The notes beneath the pieces were generated by a model that saw nothing but the letters and a program-made list of their open reading frames with translations, had not been told where the DNA came from and did not search any database. A program made the position numbers and the translations under genes. Shown here piece by piece: positions 8,741 to 18,553 of a stretch of 42,362 bases of DNA. Every line of letters starts with the position of its first letter. Positions within the stretch are counted from its first letter, which is position 1. This stretch comes from Candidatus Amesbacteria bacterium GW2011_GWB1_47_19 (GTDB taxonomy: Bacteria > Patescibacteriota > Microgenomatia > CAZETR01 > Amesbacteraceae): contig LCNZ01000006.1 of assembly GCA_001002325.1 (NCBI GenBank), positions 66,130 through 108,491 on the forward strand, in the 5' to 3' direction.

Positions 8741-11700
8741 ATTGGCTGCCATTTTGATCAAGTGTTCCATCGTCAGGCTGGCTTACTAATATATATGTAA
8801 GTGTATCTCCATCCACATCCGAAGATTCGAGTGTTATAGACAAGTCGTTGTCTTCGTTGACATCATAAACTGCAGTTTTGGCGACCGGCGCATCGTTTAC
8901 AGAAGTTACCGTAATACTAACCATTGCCACATTACTGTCGTCCATGCCATCATTGGCTTTAAAGGTAAAAGTATCACCACCGTTATAATTAGCGTTAGGT
9001 GTATAGCTGGCAATATTTGCGGCAAGTACTAGTGAACCATTCATCGGTTGACTAACTATCGAATAGGTTAAGATTTGGCCATCAGAATCTGTACCTGTGA
9101 GCGCAATATTGATATCCGCGTCTTCTGCCGTAGTTACTGATTGGTCAGAAGCAACTGGCGGTTTATTTGGCGGGAAAACCGTAATTTCAACTGTTTCCGT
9201 ATCCTGTCCGCCTTCGTTATCGGTAACCGTCAATTCTGTGGTATAAACTCCTTCTGCAGTGTATTCATGGTTGACTAGGCTGCCGGTAGAAGCGGTTGTA
9301 TCGCCAAAGTCCCAGGCGTAACTGGCTACAGTTCCATCAATATCACTCGATGCGCTTGCGTCAAAACTCACTGTCATTGGCACACCACCTGAAGTCGGAT
9401 TTGCAGCAAATGCCGCAACCGGCAAGTCATTAATCGAACTTACGGTTATTGTTACCGTTGCAACATTGCTGTCGGATAATGCGTCGTTAGCTTTAAATGT
9501 AAAACTATCCGCGTCATTGAAATTTGCATTGGGAGAATAAGTGACTGTGTCACCCGAAAGATTGGCTGTACCGTTTGCGGGTTGCGCAACTACCGAATAA
9601 GTTACCGGTTCTCCTTCCTGGTCCGTGGCAGTCAAAATAATCTGAACTGCCGTATCTTCGTCAGTCGTTTTTTGTTGATTCTGGGCAACCGGCGCGTCAT
9701 TGACTGAGTTGACGGTGATATCAACTGTTGCTGTGTTGCTGTCAAGCGTGCCATCGTTGCGACCAAAATAATTGTCGCCCGGGATATAATCTACCGAATT
9801 TCCGGTCAAATTGACTTGACCATTTAAGGTAGATGTAACAATACTATAAGTTAATGTATCTCCGTCAACATCGCTGGCACCAAGTGTTACGGCCAGGTTA
9901 TTATCTTCATCGACACTGTAGCTAGCATTTTGGGCTACAGGTGTATCACTAACCGGGGTAACTGTGATACTTATTGTGGCTACGTTGCTATCTGCTATTC
10001 CGTCATTTGCTTTGAAAGTAAATGAATCGTATCCATTGAAATTTTCATTTGGCGTATAAGTGGAAATATTACCAATATGTGTAACTGCTCCGTTTGACGG
10101 TTGGCTAACAATCGAATAAGTCAACGGATTATCATCAGCATCAGTCGCAACGAGAGTAATATCTACCGGAGTATCTTCGTCGGTCGTTGCCGTGCCGTTA
10201 TCAGCCATTGGCGGCTGATTCAGCGTGCCAGTCATCAAGCTTTGGATTTGGTTTTGAGTCAGTGCTTCCTCAAACAGATGTACCTCATCAACAACTCCAT
10301 CAAACACACTATAATTGTTAGGGTTGGCTCCGATTAACACATCGTTGGTGCTGTTGCTGACTGTACCAGTTTTATTAGTACTGCCTACCTCTGCTCCATC
10401 CTGATACAGTTTCATGGTAACCCCGTCATACACTGCAGCGATGTGGACCCATTGATCAAGCGGCACACCTCCATTGTTTGCAATTAACGTGGAAGTTGTA
10501 CCATTTGTTTTCAAGCGAAATCTCAGTTGATTACTCGGGTAAATAGTCCCAAGCATCCAATAATGATCTTGTTCGCCTGATCCATTTGCCTTGGAAACAA
10601 CCCTGGGGTCGGTTTCAAATCCAAGAGTATCGGTATTAACCCATGTAGCAATTGTCAGTTTACTCCCTGTAACATTAAGAGAACCTAGGTTTACATTATC
10701 ATTAACGCCGTCGAACGACAAACCGCTACCAACTTTTCCGGTTACCCAAACTGCACCATTAACTACTCCATTATTTCCACTTCCTGAAGAATCTGTCGCG
10801 GTCGTTCCACTGCCTTCATCTAAATTATATACACCAAATGCAGGTGGAGTCGATGGAGTTGGTGATGGCGTCGGCGTCAGAGTTGGAATTGGTGTAACAG
10901 ATGGTTCAACCGTTGGCGAAGGCTCCGGTGAAACGGTTGGGGATGGAGTTACTGACGGAATAGGTGTAGGCTGAGGGCTTCCTATCGAACCATTCTTCCA
11001 CAAATGAATGTTTTCGGGTGCATCGTATGCAATGCTCACGATATCCAAGTCTCCGTCATTATCCAGATCATACGGCTGGCTACCCAAGTGGCTTTCTTTG
11101 CCGCTGTCAACTACGTGCTCGATAAAACTGCCACCGGCGATATTTTCCCACACCGCCATCTTGAGAGTCCCCTTGTGTTCTCCCAGGATGATATCAATAT
11201 CGCCATCTCCATCCATATCAGCAGTGCCCATAGAATTGGTAGTTGCCTGGGAAACTATGGTTAAGCGGGTCCAATTGAGAGTCGTCGGATCGGCTGGCTG
11301 CTGCCACCAATAAGTTTCGGCCCCATTCACTTCCCCATTCTCTTCCGTACCCACAATGTCAAGCCTGCCGTCTTCATTAACATCCAGAATGGCAAACCGG
11401 TCCGGAAAAATGTCACCGGTCATGTTGCCTATTTGGAAGTTTGTCCAATTAGCACTTCCGTCTCCGGGATTTCTGTACCAGTCAACTTCCAAGCTTGGCG
11501 TGCCTGCAGCAATATCCAAGTCTCCGTCGCCATCAATATCGCCGATTCCCATTCCCTCATCGGACGGCCGAGAATTCACTTGTGTCCGTGGCCAGTTTCC
11601 ACCATCCGGATTTGCCGGAACTTTAAAATAGTAAATTCCATTGCCGCTTGAAAGCCCCAACTCCGGTAGTCCGCCTGCTTCAACTTGTGCAACCCGATAT

Positions 11701-13271
11701 CCCTGAAATCCGAGATTATGACTTGGCGTAGGTACCGTACCTATTAGCACTGTGTTCCAGGAAGCGCCCTGATCGCTAGATTCAAGCCAGTATATATTAT
11801 CAGGAGAGCTATTAACCTCCTGGCCAAATAAATCAATATTGCCGTCACTATCAACATCAAAACTCGCAAACACATGTATACTGTTGGGAAACGCACTCGA
11901 TTGAGTCCATGATCCGGTCATGTCTCCACCGGGATTTCGGTACCAGTTCGGCCCGGAAACAATGTCTTTAGGTCCATCATTATTAACGTCGGCAAAAGCC
12001 AAGCCAAAAGTCTGGACATGGTTAGCAGATACTTGCTTGTAAATCCAGCTATTCAAAGGAAGAGTAAACTGGCCCTGATTAATATAAACCTTGGTGGGCG
12101 GATGACCTATCCAGTCGGCACCAAAGATGTCGGTTTTACCATCGTTATTCAGGTCCCCGAAACGGGCATTGTGGGCTGCTACGGTGTCGAGCTGTTGTTT
12201 ATCGAAGGTGGGAGTGGTTTCACCATTATTAAAGTAAATACTTAAATCCTGCAATTCTAGCCCCATCAGAATATCGGGTTTGCCGTCGTTATTAAAGTCT
12301 GCCACTTCCGGATGGTGTGCTCCCATGGCATTGTCAATGACCCTTTTGGTCCAAGTGGGTAAAGTAGGATCAGTAGGTTGCTCATACCAGGCAAATGTGT
12401 CCGCGGTATGCGCATCCATCGTCATCAGGTCCAAACGGCCGTCAGCATTTAAGTCGCCCAACAATACTTCATCTCCGTTTGTGTTGTTCACTCCGTATTT
12501 GGTCCAAGTACCGTTCATCGGGTCTCCCGGATTTTTAAGCCAGCCGTTGGTTACGGCAATATCTTTAAGCCCATCCCTGTCAATATCGCCAACATAAATC
12601 CCACGGTTAGGTGTCGCAATGGAGGTGATATCTCGTTCATTCCACGAGATTGGTGTATTTTGAATCCAGAGGTGAGTCCGGACATTAACACCTGCACTGT
12701 CACCGCTGGTCACTATATCGAGCTTGCCGTCGTTATTAAAGTCGCCCGTTTCAATGTCATGAATCCAGGTGCTGTGAGTTCCGATGATATGATACGTCCA
12801 ATTGTCAGTTATTTTAGGATCAGCTGTCTTTCCTGCCGGTGGATTTACAACTGGGTTTTCAAACCATAAAAGATTGTCGATGCCTCCTCCGTCTCCGGTC
12901 ACCAAGTCGAAGTCTGTGTCGCCATCCACATCAACGGCCTGCATATCAGTGGAAAATTCTTCATGTACTGTTGCAGCACTGATGATATGCATTGCATAGT
13001 TTTCGCCGGACTCGTACCAAACGAGTGCACGACCCGGAAGATTACCACCTAAAATACCATCGTCGTCGCCATCAAGATCAATATCGGCTACAGCCTTATT
13101 ATCTCCTGATCCGTCACTATCTATTGTGGTGGTCTGGAACGGGATAGGGTCGGCTGCATATACATGTGTAGCGAGTAAATTAAGGGGTAAGTAAGTCAAA
13201 CTAAGAAGTGAAAAGATCGCAAGGAATGAAAAAAACCGATATTTTAGACCTATTGAAATTTGAAAGTTCAT
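8613..13271 (-). CDS. giant secreted surface protein, N-terminal about 1500 aa: signal peptide, FG-GAP/VCBS beta-propeller repeats, PT-rich linker, LamG-like domain, cadherin-like tandem (about 95 aa) repeats, PKD domain
   Basis: There are about 12 FG-GAP-type units (GDFNNDGKLDIVT, GDIDRDGLKDIAV, ADFNNDGKPDILMG, ADMDGDGDIDIILG and others). A PTPIPSVTPSPT linker follows, then a LamG stretch (LRFRLKTNGTTS, WVHIAAVYDGVTMKLYQDG). After that come repeats of the form DEDTxxxIxLxxTDxDGDxLTYSIVSQPxNG and a PKD unit (YAWDFGD). The last about 45 codons are out-of-frame translation of repeat copy A. Confidence 0.85.
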   Translation of the reverse strand: MNFQISIGLKYRFFSFLAIFSLLSLTYLPLNLLATHVYAADPIPFQTTTIDSDGSGDNKAVADIDLDGDDDGILGGNLPGRALVWYESGENYAMHIISAATVHEEFSTDMQAVDVDGDTDFDLVTGDGGGIDNLLWFENPVVNPPAGKTADPKITDNWTYHIIGTHSTWIHDIETGDFNNDGKLDIVTSGDSAGVNVRTHLWIQNTPISWNERDITSIATPNRGIYVGDIDRDGLKDIAVTNGWLKNPGDPMNGTWTKYGVNNTNGDEVLLGDLNADGRLDLMTMDAHTADTFAWYEQPTDPTLPTWTKRVIDNAMGAHHPEVADFNNDGKPDILMGLELQDLSIYFNNGETTPTFDKQQLDTVAAHNARFGDLNNDGKTDIFGADWIGHPPTKVYINQGQFTLPLNSWIYKQVSANHVQTFGLAFADVNNDGPKDIVSGPNWYRNPGGDMTGSWTQSSAFPNSIHVFASFDVDSDGNIDLFGQEVNSSPDNIYWLESSDQGASWNTVLIGTVPTPSHNLGFQGYRVAQVEAGGLPELGLSSGNGIYYFKVPANPDGGNWPRTQVNSRPSDEGMGIGDIDGDGDLDIAAGTPSLEVDWYRNPGDGSANWTNFQIGNMTGDIFPDRFAILDVNEDGRLDIVGTEENGEVNGAETYWWQQPADPTTLNWTRLTIVSQATTNSMGTADMDGDGDIDIILGEHKGTLKMAVWENIAGGSFIEHVVDSGKESHLGSQPYDLDNDGDLDIVSIAYDAPENIHLWKNGSIGSPQPTPIPSVTPSPTVSPEPSPTVEPSVTPIPTLTPTPSPTPSTPPAFGVYNLDEGSGTTATDSSGSGNNGVVNGAVWVTGKVGSGLSFDGVNDNVNLGSLNVTGSKLTIATWVNTDTLGFETDPRVVSKANGSGEQDHYWMLGTIYPSNQLRFRLKTNGTTSTLIANNGGVPLDQWVHIAAVYDGVTMKLYQDGAEVGSTNKTGTVSNSTNDVLIGANPNNYSVFDGVVDEVHLFEEALTQNQIQSLMTGTLNQPPMADNGTATTDEDTPVDITLVATDADDNPLTYSIVSQPSNGAVTHIGNISTYTPNENFNGYDSFTFKANDGIADSNVATISITVTPVSDTPVAQNASYSVDEDNNLAVTLGASDVDGDTLTYSIVTSTLNGQVNLTGNSVDYIPGDNYFGRNDGTLDSNTATVDITVNSVNDAPVAQNQQKTTDEDTAVQIILTATDQEGEPVTYSVVAQPANGTANLSGDTVTYSPNANFNDADSFTFKANDALSDSNVATVTITVSSINDLPVAAFAANPTSGGVPMTVSFDASASSDIDGTVASYAWDFGDTTASTGSLVNHEYTAEGVYTTELTVTDNEGGQDTETVEITVFPPNKPPVASDQSVTTAEDADINIALTGTDSDGQILTYSIVSQPMNGSLVLAANIASYTPNANYNGGDTFTFKANDGMDDSNVAMVSITVTSVNDAPVAKTAVYDVNEDNDLSITLESSDVDGDTLTYILVSQPDDGTLDQNGSQSTMARLTATQQQLISPSTQSMTRRLPRINKKRLMKIRQFRLF
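9571..9759. repeat. 189-bp near-identical intragenic repeat, copy B
   Basis: See copy A. Here the junction is in frame, but it yields an atypical shortened repeat unit (YIPGDNYFGRNDGTLDSN). Confidence 0.9.
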
Positions 13272-13385
13272 TAATTTAAAATACTAAAGTATTAATATAT
13301 TTAATTACTGCATGTATGTTATCACAACTTTATTGTCAAGCGATATACATAACTGATGTTCATATTTTACCTGTATTGCGGATGG

Positions 13386-13425
13386 TGGCATTTCTTAAAG
13401 TGCTAGTTAAATAGGGTACCACATA
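13386..13425. repeat. conserved 40-nt intergenic motif, copy 1 (upstream of the giant surface-protein gene)
   Basis: TGGCATTTCTTAAAGTGCTAGTTAAATAGGGTACCACATA. It aligns without gaps to the copies at 18474 and 23331. Confidence 0.85.
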
Positions 13426-13736
13426 ACTTTTTTATTTTAGTCCAGCGGTATTTTTTAGTGTCATAAAATATAAAATTATCGGTAGTATCCATGTATGTAC
13501 TTCAAAATTTTATAGGATGTAAATTACACGAGCAAGTAGTGATTATAGTGTGGATCCTAAGAATAGTGTCTTAGTTTTGAGAATAGATATTGATGGTATT
13601 CAGGCTTGGGAAGCTGAATATATCACCAATTATCGGTTAGTTAAGTTGGGAAATTATGGATAATAATAATAATGTATGTGTTATAAAAACGTATCGTCAT
13701 TATTTATTTTAGTATATGTATCGAGAAGTTATTTTT

Positions 13737-16700
13737 TTACTTTGCGGTAACCGTTACTGAACTTGTTGAATTATTTGATGCAGCGTCATATGCTTTGGCG
13801 ACAATTGTATAAACAATACCCACTTTAGATGGGACTTTCCAATTACATGAATAAGGGCTGTCTGTATCTGAACAAACAAGCGTATTATTAACTAGAAAAT
13901 CTACTTTTGTTACTCCCTTATTATCAGATGCAGTCGCAGTAATTTTAATTGTTGCATTCTTTTTAACGGTACTTGCATTTGCAGGATATGTGATTTGTAC
14001 ATTCGGTGCTTGAATATCAGGTACCGGAGTAGGTGAAGGAGAAGGGCTAGGTGACAGTGTTGGTGACGGGGACGGACTTGGTGACGAACTGGGTGTGGGT
14101 GATGGCGATGGTGTAGGTGATGGTGTTGAATGTGATACCTGAACATTTACCAAACCAGATTCTCCAACATTTCCTACCTCATCGTATGACTTCACTAGTA
14201 GTGTATGCGGGCCCTCACTTAATGTAGTTGTATCCCAATTAAATGAGAATGGATCAGAGGTGTTAATTTCTTGTAAAGATCCATCCACATATAAATCCGT
14301 ACTGACAACACCAAAGTTATCCCTGGCATCTGTCTTAATTTCTACCAATCCCAATACCTGTTGACCTTCTGTTGGTGAAATTATTGATACAGTCGGGCTT
14401 ACATCGTCCAGTACAGCAATTCCCGGCCCGACAGGTAACTCAAATGAGTAGCTTAAGGTATTATCGGAATTATCTTTAGCTGTAATATTTATAGTAATTT
14501 TATTGATTGAATCGACAGGAGTGACATTTGTAGAATAAACCCCATTTGCTTCATTAACTGTTAAGGGTTTGAAACTTGATCCGTCTTTTGAATAACTTAC
14601 CTGCACTGTTGACAAGTCTCCTCCGGCCGGATCCAGTTCAAATTCAACTTTATTAATTACAGTCGGATCATACTGTTCCGACCTTTGACCATCAGAGAAA
14701 ATATATAATCTTTTAAATGCCGGAGGGTTGGCATCGGTTTTTGAGGTATCAAAGCTAGCGTTAACTTTTGCCAGCATATCCAAGCCTTTATTTTTATAAG
14801 GCATTTCTAGCTCAAATCTGTAATTTCCGGGGGTCGCAGTAATTGGTGGCCACAAACCTGTCCCTCCCGGAAATTTAGGAAAATTACCGCTATAAAACAC
14901 ATTATCGTCTTTGTATATAGTAAAGGGGATACTAACGTATGGCTTTAGTGAAAAATCCTGCCTGGTAAATCCTGGAATGTCACCACTTATAACATTGTTA
15001 CCTTGATAATAATACGAATTTAAATGAATCCAATAATTTGTATTTTTAAATCTTCCAAACCAGACAGTTGGACCTATACCAGCATAAATTTTCCTTTCGC
15101 TGAGTGCTGGGAGTAGATTGTTATTAAGATAAGTCCATCGCTGTGGATTATCATCAATACTAAATAGAGGTGTCATCTCAGTATTCATTAACAACCCACC
15201 ATCATTTGGGTTAACAAGCCTTCCGAAAAACGTTCCGGCAGATTTTGGTACTATTGAATACATGATTTGGGTAAGGGGTAATACCGGTTTGGGTAAGCTA
15301 CTACTGTAATAAACATGGTACCCAACTCTATTGCTACCGGTCCAAACAAGTGGGTAGATCTCTCCTACCTGCTGATCTAAATCCCATTGAACATCCATCT
15401 TGTAAAAATCAGATGAATTGTTAGTAAAATTAAGATTTCCCGAAAGTCCGGTAAATTTATAATAGTAATTATATAAATTAACTTCCGGCTGTTTAGATTG
15501 ATGAAAACGTTCATATGTGTAACTATCTGAAATGTTGCTAAAATACTGTGTTGCCATTATGTCGGGATTACCACCGAAGGTATTTAATCCGAAGGTAAAC
15601 GCCTGAGGGTTTGGAGCATAAGTCAAAATTTGATCTCTACCTACTATATAACCTGTGGATCCTGATGGGTCTGTGGGTATAGTCTTGACGAAATTAACTG
15701 CTTCACTTCTATTTACATTGACAATTGTTTCTCCACTATCCACCGAAGTGCCCTCCTTCATTACTACCGCATCCGCAAAGTTATTATTTGAGTCGTGGGC
15801 AAATTCATAACGGACATAAACATCATAGGTTCCCGGGTCATTGACATAAAACACCCTTTCAGCAGTTTTAGTGAAATCATAATAAACTTTTCCGGCTCTA
15901 TTATGTATTACTACAGGCCATGCTACCGTAAGCCCTGGCGATATATTATCTTGAATTTTTATAAGATAAAATTTGGTAAATTTAGTAGTCAAAGAAATAT
16001 TATTTGCCGCGTTACTAAAAGTAAGAGTACCTGTATAAATGTTATTACTCACGCTGGTGTTATCTACAATAAACCTGGTATCAATACTGCCGGTTTCATT
16101 TGCTGGTACAGTAACCGAAACCGGAGATTCATAAGTTATTCCTGTTGGGTAGGATGATGATGTTAAAGTCAGTGTTTGCTCAACATCCGTTCTTAAATTG
16201 GTTAATGTGATTGTTTTAGTGTCCGACGTCCAGTTAGCCAATGCAGGACTATCCACACCATAATCCAGAGATCCGCTAGGATTTGTAGCTATTGTGGGTG
16301 ACACTCTAAGAAACACGGGTATATTTCCTTTTACCGCCCCATTCTCTGATAAATTAATGCGGACAAAATAATTTCCTGCTCGGGCTATATCATTATCTAC
16401 GGTAATTACGGCATCAAAAACATCAGTCTGCCCACCGCTGACATCTAACGTAGTTTTAGATGCGGTTACACCTACTCCCGGAATTCCCAAGTTTAGATCA
16501 ACAGTTAAATCGGTAACTAACTCATCTGTTGATGAAACAGAAAAGCTCAGTGTGTGTTCACTTAGTTTTTGAGTTGGATCGGAACTTAGTGTCCAGGTAC
16601 TTGGTGCTGCTAATATTTTACTGCTGAAAGGAATTGCCGCCTTGACATCGACTTCCCCTGCACCGCGGTCGTTATAGGTCATACCAATATCCCTTGTGGT

Positions 16701-18338
16701 ACTTTTAAGTGTTTGCTTTATCTGTTCGGGCGTATAGTCAGGGTAAGCTTGCTTGAGAAGTGCTGCCACACCTGCGATATGAGGAGTAGCCATAGATGTA
16801 CCCGAAATCCTGACGTGTTGATCATCAAAACAGGTTGGTGCCGTACCAAAAGATGTTCCCCACCTGGCTGCACAGATTAGTACTCCGGGTGCTGCTATAT
16901 CAGGTTTTTGAATATCAACTTCGTTCCAGACAAGTGGACCACGTGAGCTAAATGAAGCGATCGGGTTAGTACAGTACGAGTTACTACCAATTTGTGAACC
17001 CTTACAAGATGCGGCTACGGTAATAGCAGTTCTAGCAGCTCCCGGTGAGCCTATTGTTGAAGCTCCGGGACCTGAGTTACCGGCAGCTATGGCATGGACA
17101 ACACCCATGGCTGTTGAATTATCTACAGCCAAACTAATTACATCATCAGGATTTCCGCTTCCACCAAGGCTCATGTTGGCTACATCCACATGATCACTGG
17201 AGTCACCATCGCCATTTGGGTCTGTGGCAAAATTAATTCCGGCTATAACCTGAGACCAAGATCCTGATCCCCCTGCACTAAGAACTTTAACTGCCAAAAT
17301 ACGGGCATCGGGAGCTACTCCATTAAGGAGGCCCTTTCCAGCTACGGTTGCCGCCACATGTGTTCCATGACCATGGTCATCCATTGGGTTGTTATCATTA
17401 TTTACGAAATCATAACCACCAATTATTTTACAATCCTGTCCCAAACAACCACCCAAATCCAGATGGGTATAGTCGACCCCCGTGTCTATGATTGCCACAT
17501 CTATACCAAATCCTGTAAGTGCTTGATTTTGAGAATCCTGCAAATTCCACACTTCTTTTGCGCGAATTTGGTCAAGAGATGTGTCAAGTGTTATTTTTAC
17601 TTCTCTATCTAATTCAACTTTCTTTACGTCCGCGTCAGCTGATAATGCCACTAATGTATCTTTATCTATATCGGCTGCAATTCCGTTGATAATTTTTAGA
17701 TCACTTTTGAATTTACTTTGAGATGTAAATTTGGAGATAACATCCTTTTTCTTGTCATCAAATTTAGAAATTTTGTCTTTTATCTGCTCTGGTTTTTGTT
17801 TAGATTCATAAAATTTATTAAAGGGTAAGTTAAATTGGATAATTACCGGGGCGGTATTGTCTGTCTCTAATTTTTTCTCTATATCGGTATCGATCTTATG
17901 AATCTTTTTACCAGAAAGGTCAAATGTTTCAGTTTTTTGATATATTTGGAAACCATCAACTCCTTTTACATAATTAACAGTATCCTTACTTCCTTGAATT
18001 AGGCTTAATGATGTAGTTTTATCAGTTTCAAAGGTAAGATATTGCCCATCTCCGACAACAAGATTCTGTTTAATTGCTTCGCCTGTTGATTCACCAAACG
18101 AATTAACTCCAATCGCATACTGATTACTTGAAATAACTTGATAACCCAAAGCGTTTAGTGTTGATTGAGAAAACGTTTGCTCAGGTGTATTAACACTAAG
18201 AACCTTGTCCCTGGAAAACGAAGGTTGTGGTAATAAGTAAAAAAGGATACCAACAACGATTATTATTAAGGAAATTCTAACTTTTTTGTGAAAGTATATT
18301 CGTCTGACGAATTTTTGGATCAAAAAAACGTTATTCAT
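13737..18338 (-). CDS. giant secreted subtilisin-like (S8) serine protease with C-terminal Ig-like domains
   Basis: The catalytic triad contexts are AIIDTGVDYTHLDL (Asp), HGHGTHVAATVAG (His) and SGTSMATPHIAGVAALL (Ser). There is an N-terminal anchor, a PS-rich linker (STPSPTPSPSPTPSSSPSPSPSP) and two C-terminal Ig-like modules. I place the start at ATG 18338 (MNNVFLIQKF) because TTGACA at 18382..18377 lies inside the longer track ORF (start 18389). Confidence 0.85.
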   Translation of the reverse strand: MNNVFLIQKFVRRIYFHKKVRISLIIIVVGILFYLLPQPSFSRDKVLSVNTPEQTFSQSTLNALGYQVISSNQYAIGVNSFGESTGEAIKQNLVVGDGQYLTFETDKTTSLSLIQGSKDTVNYVKGVDGFQIYQKTETFDLSGKKIHKIDTDIEKKLETDNTAPVIIQFNLPFNKFYESKQKPEQIKDKISKFDDKKKDVISKFTSQSKFKSDLKIINGIAADIDKDTLVALSADADVKKVELDREVKITLDTSLDQIRAKEVWNLQDSQNQALTGFGIDVAIIDTGVDYTHLDLGGCLGQDCKIIGGYDFVNNDNNPMDDHGHGTHVAATVAGKGLLNGVAPDARILAVKVLSAGGSGSWSQVIAGINFATDPNGDGDSSDHVDVANMSLGGSGNPDDVISLAVDNSTAMGVVHAIAAGNSGPGASTIGSPGAARTAITVAASCKGSQIGSNSYCTNPIASFSSRGPLVWNEVDIQKPDIAAPGVLICAARWGTSFGTAPTCFDDQHVRISGTSMATPHIAGVAALLKQAYPDYTPEQIKQTLKSTTRDIGMTYNDRGAGEVDVKAAIPFSSKILAAPSTWTLSSDPTQKLSEHTLSFSVSSTDELVTDLTVDLNLGIPGVGVTASKTTLDVSGGQTDVFDAVITVDNDIARAGNYFVRINLSENGAVKGNIPVFLRVSPTIATNPSGSLDYGVDSPALANWTSDTKTITLTNLRTDVEQTLTLTSSSYPTGITYESPVSVTVPANETGSIDTRFIVDNTSVSNNIYTGTLTFSNAANNISLTTKFTKFYLIKIQDNISPGLTVAWPVVIHNRAGKVYYDFTKTAERVFYVNDPGTYDVYVRYEFAHDSNNNFADAVVMKEGTSVDSGETIVNVNRSEAVNFVKTIPTDPSGSTGYIVGRDQILTYAPNPQAFTFGLNTFGGNPDIMATQYFSNISDSYTYERFHQSKQPEVNLYNYYYKFTGLSGNLNFTNNSSDFYKMDVQWDLDQQVGEIYPLVWTGSNRVGYHVYYSSSLPKPVLPLTQIMYSIVPKSAGTFFGRLVNPNDGGLLMNTEMTPLFSIDDNPQRWTYLNNNLLPALSERKIYAGIGPTVWFGRFKNTNYWIHLNSYYYQGNNVISGDIPGFTRQDFSLKPYVSIPFTIYKDDNVFYSGNFPKFPGGTGLWPPITATPGNYRFELEMPYKNKGLDMLAKVNASFDTSKTDANPPAFKRLYIFSDGQRSEQYDPTVINKVEFELDPAGGDLSTVQVSYSKDGSSFKPLTVNEANGVYSTNVTPVDSINKITINITAKDNSDNTLSYSFELPVGPGIAVLDDVSPTVSIISPTEGQQVLGLVEIKTDARDNFGVVSTDLYVDGSLQEINTSDPFSFNWDTTTLSEGPHTLLVKSYDEVGNVGESGLVNVQVSHSTPSPTPSPSPTPSSSPSPSPSPTLSPSPSPSPTPVPDIQAPNVQITYPANASTVKKNATIKITATASDNKGVTKVDFLVNNTLVCSDTDSPYSCNWKVPSKVGIVYTIVAKAYDAASNNSTSSVTVTAK

Positions 18339-18473
18339 ATGGGTTATATAACATAAATAATCTATATGTGTTTCACTGTCAAGCATCAATTTGAAAATCC
18401 AACTATAATCATCTGATAAATAAAAGCTATAAGTGGGGTGAAAACATTATTTTAAGTAGGTAATTGGGGGTAA

Positions 18474-18513
18474 TGGCATTTTTTGAAGTGCTAGCTAAAT
18501 AGGGTACCGCACA
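18474..18513. repeat. conserved 40-nt intergenic motif, copy 2 (upstream of the S8 protease gene)
   Basis: TGGCATTTTTTGAAGTGCTAGCTAAATAGGGTACCGCACA. Confidence 0.85.
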
Positions 18514-18553
18514 GAAATTTAGGCATGTCGCGGGTTTAGGAAGATGTTCGAGC

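Noticed and set aside
8613-10300. Regularly spaced repeated sequence that could be mistaken for a CRISPR or other tandem-repeat array.
   Set aside because: The repeats are about 285-nt protein-domain units (cadherin-like tandem repeats) in one long open frame. They are not short direct repeats with unique spacers. No cas genes are present.
13386-13425. Reading the 40-nt motif as a sigma54 promoter, since the minus strand begins TGGTACCC-N-TTAAC.
   Set aside because: The -24 GG is present, but the -12 GC is missing or shifted in all three copies. The plus-strand TGGCAT also lacks a correctly spaced GC.
13910-14146. A His-rich 78-aa ORF (HHHLHHRHHPHP).
   Set aside because: It is an alternative-frame reading of the PS-rich linker (SPSPSPTP) of the S8 protease gene. 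It is a low-complexity artefact.
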